DNA of 32,000 nt from Halomicrobium mukohataei DSM 12286 (lineage in GTDB: Archaea; Halobacteriota; Halobacteria; Halobacteriales; Haloarculaceae), in NCBI RefSeq assembly GCF_000023965.1, contig NC_013202.1, positions 1,380,001 to 1,412,000 on the forward strand, given 5' to 3'. Positions 9,216-17,244 of this stretch are shown in pieces (position 1 is the first letter of the stretch; the number at the start of each line of letters is the position of its first letter). The translations under genes were made by a program, and so were the position numbers. The notes beneath the pieces were generated by a model, which worked only from the letters and a program-made list of their open reading frames with translations, was not told the origin of the DNA and made no database searches.

Positions 9216-9894
9216 CGTGATTCTGTTTGATCTAGACAACACGCTGTTCGATGTCGAGCAGTACATGACCGGTGCGTTCGCGGATGTCGCAGCCCATCTG
9301 GAAGCAGAATACGGCGTCAATGGCGAACAGATCCACGCAGACCTGCTTGAGCTGTGGCGCAAAGAAACCAGTATGTACCCGCACCTTTTCGACGATCTCA
9401 TCGCGGACCACAGCATCAACGCGGATATTGAGCAGATAGTTGCGGTGTTCAATGATCACGAGCCAGTGCTTGAGCCATACGATGGGGTACCAGAGGTGCT
9501 CAACAATCTTCAACAGAGAGGATACACGCTTGGTATCGTTACTGATGGCACGGCTCGCAGACAGCGACGGAAACTTGACGCACTTGGACTCCGGTCAGCG
9601 TTCGAGACAGTCGTGTTGACAGCCGAACTCAACGAACCAAAGCCCTCACCGCTCCCGTTCGAGGAGGCTGCGCGCCGACTCGAACGGTCTGGAGACAGGT
9701 GTGTATATGTCGGTGATAACCCACAGGTCGACTTTGCCGGGGCAAAAAAAGTCGATATGTGTACGATCAGGGTTCGCCAGGGTGAGTTCCGGCATCTACC
9801 GTCAGGCCCTCATTCCGATATTTCAATTGAAAATATTAATGAGGTCTACGAAGCTATTGTGAATGCGTCAAAAGATCACCAAGAGAGTCATTGA
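9208..9894 (+). CDS. HAD-superfamily hydrolase (subfamily IA-like phosphatase)
   Basis: Motif I ILFDLDNTLF, motif II GIVTDG, motif III/IV K...YVGDNPQVDFAGA. ATG 9208 overlaps the ATP-grasp stop (9213-9215) by 8 nt. Confidence 0.85.
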   Translation: MRDVILFDLDNTLFDVEQYMTGAFADVAAHLEAEYGVNGEQIHADLLELWRKETSMYPHLFDDLIADHSINADIEQIVAVFNDHEPVLEPYDGVPEVLNNLQQRGYTLGIVTDGTARRQRRKLDALGLRSAFETVVLTAELNEPKPSPLPFEEAARRLERSGDRCVYVGDNPQVDFAGAKKVDMCTIRVRQGEFRHLPSGPHSDISIENINEVYEAIVNASKDHQESH

Positions 9895-10173
9895 AGCGAA
9901 GATATGTGTAGACGGCGAGAAGTCCGCTCCTGAGCGTGACAGTCGAGTGTTCTAAAACGGTACCAGTCTGTTCTCGTACGTACAGTCATAATTCTACAGC
10001 GGTATCGTCGATAGCTGCCCTACCTAATCCATGATTCGGCAGGGCCGCCTGGACAATCGACGTCGTCACGCCGGTGAATCTGTGCCAGCAGATTAGCGGC
10101 ACAACGCTTCGAGACGAACGTTTTGGTCGACATCACGACTCGTCTGGGGGCGCGTCCGGGCCACCCTTTTCGG

Positions 10174-10311
10174 CTATGACTCTCGGCCACCGCTAAGAAC
10201 TGACCAACGGTCCTCGACCTCCTGGATGGCGTCCATCGCCGGTTTGAGCAACCCGTATTCGGCTCTAGTTCCGGTCAGTACCGTGATCGTGCGTCGACCC
10301 TGCTCGTCCAT
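10174..10311 (-). pseudogene. Remnant of a second NeuC/WecB-like 2-epimerase gene (N-terminal 45 codons, then decay)
   Basis: MDEQGRRTITVLTGTRAEYGLLKPAMDAIQEVED is a canonical NeuC N-terminus. It ends in a premature TAG at 10174-10176. Further downstream (about 9900-10170) there are only frame-broken traces. It lies 76 nt after the SDR stop. Confidence 0.6.
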
Positions 10312-10387
10312 GCGAAGAACGTTCTCGCCACGGCGGCGTGTAGGTTTCGTCTTCGAGACATAGACGAACTCCAAGCCGTGAGCGGAC

Positions 10388-11173
10388 TCACTTGATCGTC
10401 CAACCACCGTCGACGACGAGGTTGTGCCCGGTAACGTACCCCGCCGCGTCAGACGCCAAAAAGACGACAGGACCGACCATATCTTCCGGTGCAGCCATGC
10501 GCCCCAACGGCGTCCTCCGCTCGTAGTTCTCGACGAACTGCTCGTCCTGTCCGTCGAACACACCGCCCGGACTGACCGCATTCACTCGGACGTCGTACTC
10601 ACCGAGGTAGGAGGCCATGTACCGGACCAGGTTCAGGATACCCCCTTTGATCGCCGAGTACTCCACGGGACTGGTCATACCCGTCCCGTCGTAGACGCCG
10701 AAGTCGGGCGCTTGCACACCGTAGACTGAGCCGAGGTTGATGATACTCCCGCCGTCGGCTTGGTCTTTCATCGCCATCGACGCGCAGTACGAACTGTAGA
10801 AGTAGCTGTTCAGGTGGAGATCGACGTTCTCTCGCCAGTCTGCGAGTGTCATCTCCTCGTAGCGCTGCCCGTAATTCTTGTTCCGTGGGTACGCCGTGTT
10901 GACGAGGACGTCAAGCGAGCCGAACTCGTCGATTACAGACGCCACCGTCTCCTCGACCGCCTCGGCCTTCGTGATATCGAGCGATCGGAACTGTCCGTTC
11001 TCGCCGATCGAATCCGCGACCGCCTGTCCCTCTTCTGCTGCCGGATCGGCGACGACGACTGTTGCTCCGTGATCCGCGAGCCCCTCACAGATCTCTCGAC
11101 CCAGCAGTCCCGCGCCCCCGGTAACGAGGGCGACGTCACCGTCAAGATCGAACGCATCAATCAAAGTCGACAC
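10388..11173 (-). CDS. Short-chain dehydrogenase/reductase (SDR)
   Basis: ALVTGGAGLLGREI (TGxxxGxG), NTAY, and catalytic YSAIKGG (YxxxK). The start overlaps the cytidylyltransferase stop by 17 nt. Confidence 0.9.
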   Translation of the reverse strand: MSTLIDAFDLDGDVALVTGGAGLLGREICEGLADHGATVVVADPAAEEGQAVADSIGENGQFRSLDITKAEAVEETVASVIDEFGSLDVLVNTAYPRNKNYGQRYEEMTLADWRENVDLHLNSYFYSSYCASMAMKDQADGGSIINLGSVYGVQAPDFGVYDGTGMTSPVEYSAIKGGILNLVRYMASYLGEYDVRVNAVSPGGVFDGQDEQFVENYERRTPLGRMAAPEDMVGPVVFLASDAAGYVTGHNLVVDGGWTIK

Positions 11174-11876
11174 CCCACTCTTCGACGAGGAACTTCACGA
11201 GAGCGAAGTCGATGGGGCGATCGATGTCGACAGAGCGCTCCGGTGGCATCTCCGCGACGCCGGTTCGGTCGCCGTGAGTCGAGTCCGCATCAGCCAGGTA
11301 CGATCGCTCGTAGGTGTACACGGAGGCGTTCATCTCGTAGACGCTCGGCGCGTCCTGGCGCCTGACGACCTCGTCGTCAAGCGACTTCGAGAGCGACGCA
11401 TAGCCGTTCTCGTCCAGTTCGACCATGTTGAAGTACGGGTTCTTGTCGGCCTCCGTCACGGTGTAGGCGTTGGTGGCCTCCGTCCCGTGGACCCGCTGAA
11501 AGCAGTTCTCTATGTCCGCGACGAGGCGGAGCGGTGCCGTCGCGTCGAGATCGACGACGTAGTCGTAGGTCCGACCCGTGATGGACTCCATCTGCTCGTG
11601 TGCGTGCTGGATGACCGGGAGCTTGGCTGCTTCGTCCGTGGCGAGTTCGTCGGGACGGCGGAACGGGACCCGCGCACCGGCGTCCTCGGCCACCATCGAG
11701 ATTCCGTCGCTGTCGGTCGAGACGACAAGATCAGTCGTCCGATCCCACTGCTTTGCCTGGCGGATCGTGTGTGTGATCAGCGGCTGTCCGTCCAGGTCAC
11801 GCACGTTCTTGTCGGGGACGCCCTTCGACCCGCCCCGGGCACAGATCGTTACGAGCGTCGAAGCATCTACTGTCAT
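11157..11876 (-). CDS. neuA: CMP-nonulosonic acid synthetase (acylneuraminate cytidylyltransferase family, NeuA/LegF)
   Basis: ATG 11876 is M24 of the tracked ORF. ICARGGSKGVPDKNVRDLDGQPLITHTI is the CTP_transf_3 signature. ATGA overlap (11873-11876) with the upstream oxidoreductase stop. Confidence 0.9.
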   Translation of the reverse strand: MTVDASTLVTICARGGSKGVPDKNVRDLDGQPLITHTIRQAKQWDRTTDLVVSTDSDGISMVAEDAGARVPFRRPDELATDEAAKLPVIQHAHEQMESITGRTYDYVVDLDATAPLRLVADIENCFQRVHGTEATNAYTVTEADKNPYFNMVELDENGYASLSKSLDDEVVRRQDAPSVYEMNASVYTYERSYLADADSTHGDRTGVAEMPPERSVDIDRPIDFALVKFLVEEWGVDFD

Positions 11877-12823
11877 ACCTGATTCTCCTTTGCTTCGAGG
11901 GCAATTTCTAAAACCCTTTTTGCTTCGGGCACGTCGTTGTGGCACGGTTCTCGGGTTCGGACGTGCTCGAGGAAGTACCCCAGCTGGTCGCGAAACACGT
12001 CGTCGCGTGTGTAGTCGAACTCTCGGTGATCTGTCTCGGCTGGCGTTTCGATCGTCACCGTCTGTTCGTTCAGGTCGGCACGGACGACGCCGGCTTCGCC
12101 AATCACCACCAGTGTCCGCTTTGGCACACGTCGGAAGTAATCTAGATGGACACTACCGAGCGCGCCCGACCGCGTCCGGAGAACGATCTCAGCCACATCT
12201 TCGGTCTCGATCTCGAGAGAGCTGAGATGACCGATGTGTCCATCGACCGTCGCCACGTCGCCGAGCAACCAGTAGATATAGTCGAGTTCGTGAACGAGGT
12301 CGAGCACGACCCCGCCACCGAGTTCGGACGAAGCGCTGTACGAGTTCCGGTAGTCCTGCCCGGGTCGCCACTCTGGGAGGTGCGAGCCGGCGGTCGCACG
12401 AAAGGAGAGCACGTCACCGATCCTGTCTGCCCCCAGTGCATCCCGGACCGCCGCCAAGACGGGCGAAAACCGGAGCTGGCACCCCACGTACGTGATCAGG
12501 TCCCGTTCGTCGACGACCTGCTGGAGTTCCTCGACGCCAGCCAGTGAGTCGGATAGCGGCTTCTCGAGGAAGAGGTCACACCCACTGCGGGCACACCGTG
12601 TGGCGGTCTCAACGTGCAACGCGGTCGGGTTCGTGACGAACGCGACATCCGGGTCAACGGCGAGCCCCGCCTCTAGTGAGTCGTGCTCAACGATGCCCGC
12701 CGGCCCGTCCCCTTCTGCAGTGCCGCTCCGGTAGGCGTGTACCTCGAACTCCTCCGGCCGTTCATCGAGAAGTCGCAGATGCCGCCGACCGATCGATCCG
12801 AGACCGGTAAACAGTATACGCAT
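11873..12823 (-). CDS. Gfo/Idh/MocA-family NAD(P)-dependent oxidoreductase
   Basis: MRILFTGLGSIGRRHLRLL N-terminal Rossmann motif, EKPL motif (FLEKPLS) and the C-terminal alpha/beta domain. Confidence 0.85.
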   Translation of the reverse strand: MRILFTGLGSIGRRHLRLLDERPEEFEVHAYRSGTAEGDGPAGIVEHDSLEAGLAVDPDVAFVTNPTALHVETATRCARSGCDLFLEKPLSDSLAGVEELQQVVDERDLITYVGCQLRFSPVLAAVRDALGADRIGDVLSFRATAGSHLPEWRPGQDYRNSYSASSELGGGVVLDLVHELDYIYWLLGDVATVDGHIGHLSSLEIETEDVAEIVLRTRSGALGSVHLDYFRRVPKRTLVVIGEAGVVRADLNEQTVTIETPAETDHREFDYTRDDVFRDQLGYFLEHVRTREPCHNDVPEAKRVLEIALEAKENQV

Positions 12824-12861
12824 ACGACGCCTTTCCGGCCCGGTTACAAAAGCGTTTGAAT

Positions 12862-13656
12862 GGCACTGTTAGTTCTGGAGCTCCTGAGCTGGCGTTCGTC
12901 CGTCGAGTGCTTGGTTCGGCCGTTCGTGGTTGTAGTGGTGTCTGAAGCGTCGTAACCATTGTCTGGCGCTCGATTGACTGCCCCGCCAGAAGGTGTGGAA
13001 GCCGTCGATTCGCATGGTGACGGTCTGGAACACTTTTCGATGTGGTTCCGAGTTCGATAGTCGAGCCGACCGCTCAATTCGTGACGCGCGAGGGCAGTCA
13101 GATAGCCGCTATCATCGACGAGAAACTCTGTATTGTCGATATCGTGTTTCTCGGTGAGTCGATGCAAAAACGCCGTCCTCAGAAATCTTCGATTTCTGAT
13201 GTGCGAACGAGAGCAGCGCTCTCGTTAACGCCGCGGGGTCAGTCTCGCGGCGGCTGAAAACGTCAATGTCGAGCAATAACTTTGAGTCGGTGTCGATGGC
13301 AGCGTAGAGCCACTTTTTCTCACCATCAACCTCGATCTGCTTCTCGTCGACCGCAACCCGCGACGGCTCCGCCGTCGGTGGGTGGCTCTGTGCTTCAGAC
13401 AACGTATGCACCCAATTCCAGACCGCCCCGTGAGAACGATCGACAACCAACAGTTCTAAGATCACCACCGTCTCCCTGATCGACAGCCCCGCCGTGTGGA
13501 GACGTACCCCAAACCGCCGGACGGGTGTCGGGGTGCGCTCGTTCTCCCAAACGTCATGACTGTCTATTTCCAACGTTTCTCTGAGCAGGTTTGCGAGTGA
13601 TATGAACACCTCTCGCTACGGCCTGCTCGTTCCTCAATCCCTCAACTAGACAGTGC
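12862..13656 (-). mobile_element. IS6-family insertion sequence (795 bp) with intact target duplication
   Basis: Termini GGCACTGTTAGTT (12862-) and the reverse complement of 13641-13656, GGCACTGTCTAGTT (one indel). Perfect 8-bp direct repeats GTTTGAAT at 12854-12861 and 13657-13664; 8 bp is the IS6-family target duplication length. Confidence 0.85.
12869..13609 (-). pseudogene. IS6-family transposase, disrupted by a 55-nt insertion and a 1-nt deletion
   Basis: ERTPTPVRRFGVRLHTAGLSIRET...SRVAVDEKQIEV...WLYAAIDTDSKLLLDIDVFSRRETDPAA, then the frame is lost at 13174-13228. It resumes in a second frame (AFLHRLTEKHDIDNTEFLVDDSGYLTALAR...NHIEK), then is lost again near 13031-13033 (expected TGG reads TG). 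A third frame reads FQTVTMRIDGFHTFWRGSQ...HHYNHERPNQALDGRTPAQEL, ending at stop 12869-12871. Confidence 0.8.
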
Positions 13657-13702
13657 CGTTTGAATACGCCTGTCGAACCGCGGACAGTCCGTTCGCACGT
13701 GG

Positions 13703-14833
13703 TCAGTCGAGTGCTGCTGCCACACAGTCGACCACGCGGTCGATGTCCTCCTCGGCCATGTGCGAAAACATCGGCAGTGAGAGGACGCTCTCGGAGACGG
13801 CGTCGGTCGTCGGAAGAGACCAGGCACCATCTCCGTATCGCTCGGTGTAGTATTCTGACCGGTGGACAGGATCGAAGTAGACTTTCGATGCGATGTTCTC
13901 GTCTTCGAGTGACTGAACGACAGCGTCGCGATCGACATCGTCGTCAAACCGGACCGTGAACAGCTGGTAGACGTGGCGTCCGTCTGCCGGAGCGCGAGGC
14001 GGCGTGACTCCGGCGATTTTCTCCAGTTGTTCCCGATAGCGTGCCGCCACGCGTTGGCGGCCGGCGATGAGCGTGTCTTCGACTTTTTGCATCTGTGCGA
14101 CACCGATGCTGGCGACCACGTCGGGCATCCGAAAGTTGTTCCCGAGCGCGACGTAGTCGCCGCCACTGGCCGAGTCGAAGTAGTCCCGCGAAGCTCGTCC
14201 GTGCGACCGAAGGAGCCGAGCCTTGCGTGCCACGTCGTCGTCTCCCGTCAGGACAGCCCCTCCTTCGCCCGTCGCAACCACTTTGTTCTGACAGAAGCTC
14301 AGCATCCCAGCGTCGCCGAATGTCCCGACCTTCTGTCCCCGTGATTCCGCACCGAGCGCCTCCGCTGCGTCTTCGACGAGTCGAAGATCGTGGTCGGTTG
14401 CGATCTCGCGCAGCTCCCTGATCTTGCAGGGTTTGCCTGCGTAGTGAATCGGGAGAATTGCAGCGGTGTCGTCCGTAATCCTGTCACGAACGTCGTCGGG
14501 ATCGAGACCGAACGACTCCGGTTCGATGTCTGCGAAGACCGGTTTCGCGTCGACCATCTCTATGACGTTGGCCGTCGAGATGAACGTGAACGACGGGACG
14601 ATGACCTCGTCGCCCGGGCCGACGTTCAACGCCCGGAGAGCGCTGACCAGCGCCGTCGTCCCCGAGTTGAATACGACGGCGTGGTCGACATCGTGATACT
14701 CCTCAAGAGCCGTCTCGAAGTCGTCGATGTAGGGACCGTTGGCCCAGTATGACCCTCGAGTGACCGAGTCAAGGACGTTCTTGACGTCGTCACGATCCCA
14801 TGTGATCTCGAAGAGTGGAATTGCGTCGGCCAT
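13703..14833 (-). CDS. DegT/DnrJ/EryC1-family PLP-dependent sugar 4-aminotransferase (LegC/PseC/PglE-like)
   Basis: Family fold with FCQNKVVATGEGGAV (Schiff-base Lys region). ATG 14833 lies 2 nt after the dehydratase stop; the tracked GTG 14839 would overlap it. Confidence 0.9.
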   Translation of the reverse strand: MADAIPLFEITWDRDDVKNVLDSVTRGSYWANGPYIDDFETALEEYHDVDHAVVFNSGTTALVSALRALNVGPGDEVIVPSFTFISTANVIEMVDAKPVFADIEPESFGLDPDDVRDRITDDTAAILPIHYAGKPCKIRELREIATDHDLRLVEDAAEALGAESRGQKVGTFGDAGMLSFCQNKVVATGEGGAVLTGDDDVARKARLLRSHGRASRDYFDSASGGDYVALGNNFRMPDVVASIGVAQMQKVEDTLIAGRQRVAARYREQLEKIAGVTPPRAPADGRHVYQLFTVRFDDDVDRDAVVQSLEDENIASKVYFDPVHRSEYYTERYGDGAWSLPTTDAVSESVLSLPMFSHMAEEDIDRVVDCVAAALD

Positions 14834-14835
14834 CG

Positions 14836-15861
14836 TCACCAGCCTCCATTCGGCGCTTGCGATTCGATGAGGGCCGAGAGTTCGTCCGAAGAGAGCAGGT
14901 CGGCCTCTTCGGACGTGTACTCTCTGGTGAGCGAGTTGGAGATGTTCGACGTCGTCGTGTAGCTACTGAGGTCGATCTCGGGATACAGGACGAACATCTT
15001 GTCTTCCTCTTTCGTCTGTCGACGTTCGTCCGCTGATATCAGTTTCTCGTGGGTCCGCTCGGCCGGCCGCGGACCGATGATCTCGATCTCGATGTCCTCG
15101 GGATCGTAGCCCGCTCGCGGTGCGTAGGTGTCCCGGATGACGACCGCAAGATCCTCAAGTTTGAACGCCGGCATCTTCAGGATGAACACCTCGCCGCCCT
15201 CCAGCCGTGCATGCGACTTGAGGACGAACTCAACGGCACGCTCAATCGACATGAGGAACCGGGTCATATCGGGATCGGTGACGGTCAGCGGCCCACCGTC
15301 CCTGACTTGATCGATGAAGAGGGGAACGACCGAACCGCTCGACCCGAGGACGTTGCCAAACCGGACGCATCCGAACTTCGTCTGTCGGTTCCCCTTGTAC
15401 GTGTTGGCTGCGATGACCAGCCGTTCGGAGAGCAGTTTTGTCGCTCCCATCACCGACGTTGGGTTCGATGCCTTGTCCGTACTGATTGCCAGCAGCGATT
15501 CGACGTTCTCTTCTCGCGCTGCGTTGATGAGGTTCTGTGTCCCCTGGATGTTGGTCTGGACCGCTTCGAACGGATTGTACTCGCTAATTTCGACGTGTTT
15601 CAGCGCTGCGGCGTGAAAGACGACGTCTACATCTTCGACTGCCATTTCCAATCGCGATTCATCGCGGATATCACCCAATAGCATCCGGAGTGTATCACTG
15701 TGTTCTTCATGTTTCCGTTCGAGATGAAAGAGCCCCTCCTCGTCGTTGTCGAAGACGCGAACGGCCGCGGGATCCCGCTCAAGACACTGTTTCACGATCC
15801 CGGAGCCGATCGAGCCACAGCCGCCAGTAACGAGAATTTTCTTCCCCTCAAGTGAGGACAT
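14836..15861 (-). CDS. UDP-GlcNAc 4,6-dehydratase of the CapD/FlaA1/PseB/PglF type
   Basis: KILVTGGCGSIGSGI, ISTDKASNPTSVMGATKLLSE, and RFGNVLGSSGSVVPLFIDQVRDGGPLTVTDPDMTRFLMSIERAV. First gene of the minus-strand operon. Confidence 0.9.
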   Translation of the reverse strand: MSSLEGKKILVTGGCGSIGSGIVKQCLERDPAAVRVFDNDEEGLFHLERKHEEHSDTLRMLLGDIRDESRLEMAVEDVDVVFHAAALKHVEISEYNPFEAVQTNIQGTQNLINAAREENVESLLAISTDKASNPTSVMGATKLLSERLVIAANTYKGNRQTKFGCVRFGNVLGSSGSVVPLFIDQVRDGGPLTVTDPDMTRFLMSIERAVEFVLKSHARLEGGEVFILKMPAFKLEDLAVVIRDTYAPRAGYDPEDIEIEIIGPRPAERTHEKLISADERRQTKEEDKMFVLYPEIDLSSYTTTSNISNSLTREYTSEEADLLSSDELSALIESQAPNGGW

Positions 15862-16228
15862 ATGTGTTGTACGTTCGTACCCGAGCTACTGGATTAAGCG
15901 TTTTCGTTGCTCTGGCAGTATCGTGTTTAGTTACTTGGAACGAACATCCGGGGCCCCAACTGTTGTATTTGCTAGTTTGGGCTCAGACACCGCTCCGTGA
16001 TCGGTAGTTGGTGTAACTGACAAGTAGTGGGGAAATCTTGAGATAGTCGTCCCGTCGAGAAAGGGAAAGTTAGCGTAAACTGGTGGTTTCGCGACTGTTT
16101 CGAAACAACTGTTGTGATCATAGATCTCACTGGAGAAATAAGATTGCGCTAGAGACGACACTCCACAATCTCTGGCGAATATCCAGTGATTGGTCGTACA
16201 GATTCTACACCTCCGTTTCGAACAAAGT

Positions 16229-17164
16229 GCCTTGTTGAATCCAGGGATGGCGTAGTGATCACTCCTTGATGGCTTGTTCGAGGTTGTAGACGGCCACGGT
16301 CAGCACCAGTTCTCTGAATTCGCGGTACCACGCGCTCGGCCCGACAGCGGAGCCGAATAGGCGGTTGATGGCCGAGAATGCGGTCTCGGCCATCCATCGC
16401 TGCCCGTAGAGATCGCTGTCCAACCGTGCGTTGTGGGCGTGATCGTAGTGCGCAAACAGCCGGTGTCTGATGACCGGCCGGACGCCTTCGGAACGGAGTG
16501 CGTCCCGCAGTGACTGATCGTCGTAGCCTTTGTCACCGGCGAGATCTCGATTTCAGCGGTATTGCGCAGTGCCACCCGACGGCCGACCTGTGTATCGTGG
16601 GGCCAGTGTGCCGAACAGTGGAGGTCGAGGACGGCACACGACGCCGTGTCTACGAGGGCCGTCGTTTTCAGCGTGCGTATGTGGCGATCCGACCGGTCGA
16701 CGTAGTGGCTGGATGCCGCTTCACGGTCGAAAAATGTGGCATCCAGCGCCCCATGATTGCCGGGATCGCAGCGGGTCGCCGACCGACGGAGCAGTTGCCG
16801 CCAGATACGGGTCGGCACCCGTTCGAAGGACCGCCACAGCGTCGAGGGGGCCGGGAAGTCGGTCCGAGCCAACTGTAACAGGCCACGAACGCGATCCATC
16901 TCACTCGCCCAATCGACGATCTCGCGGTAGCTCGCGTCCATGTGGTTCCGCAAGAAATGCAGCGTCAGATGCTTCCAATCCGCAAATCCGTTGCCAGCCG
17001 GGTCACTCACCACCGCCGTGGGGCTGGCGGCACAGCGTTTTTGAGCCAGTGATGCGGCTTGTGTAACGAAGCGGAAGAGTGGCATTGGTACATTCACTCT
17101 CTCCGCTTCGCTTCCACCTTCACAGCAACGCTATCCGCTCGCAGTCATCGGATTCAACAGAGTA
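16229..17164 (-). mobile_element. IS5-family insertion sequence (about 0.94 kb)
   Basis: Terminal IRs GCCTTGTTGAATCC (16229-16242) and GGATTCAACAGAGT (17150-17163), with core TGTTGAATCC perfect. Contains one DDE transposase gene. No target duplication recognisable, and the boundaries are uncertain by a few nt. Confidence 0.7.
16259..17085 (-). pseudogene. IS5-family (DDE_Tnp_1) transposase with one frameshift
   Basis: The N-terminal part MPLFRF...DREAASSHYVDRSDRHIRTLKTTALVDTASCAVLDLHCSAHWPHDTQVGRRVALRNTAEI is in one frame. The conserved C-terminus LAGDKGYDDQSLRDALRSEGVRPVIRHR...GQRWMAETAFSAINRLFGS...VYNLEQAIKE is in the -1 frame and ends at TGA 16259-16261. The switch is within 16541-16556, with no slippery heptamer. 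Confidence 0.75.
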
Positions 17165-17244
17165 GCATACTGGAATTCTGAAGTCAGTCGTTTCTCGAAA
17201 CGATCGATAGAAAGCCTTTTTAAAAAATATCGTATATCTCAGAT

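Noticed and set aside
10174-10581. 135-aa ORF as a real gene
   Set aside because: Its first 90 codons overlap the SDR gene out of frame and are Arg/Ser-rich. Only the last 45 codons (the NeuC-like N-terminus) look like genuine, now truncated, coding sequence.
16541-16556. Programmed -1 ribosomal frameshift in the IS5-family transposase
   Set aside because: The frame switch region (GAAATCGAGATCTCG on the coding strand) has no X-XXY-YYZ slippery heptamer or obvious downstream structure. A simple 1-nt indel (pseudogene) is more parsimonious.
16096-17202. TTCGAA-centred palindromes near the IS5 element (TGTTTCGAAACA 16096-16107, CGTTTCGAACA 16214-16224, CGTTTC-TC-GAAACG 17189-17202)
   Set aside because: They are short, only one is perfect, the spacing is inconsistent and two different contexts are separated by the IS. 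There is not enough evidence to call a regulator site.
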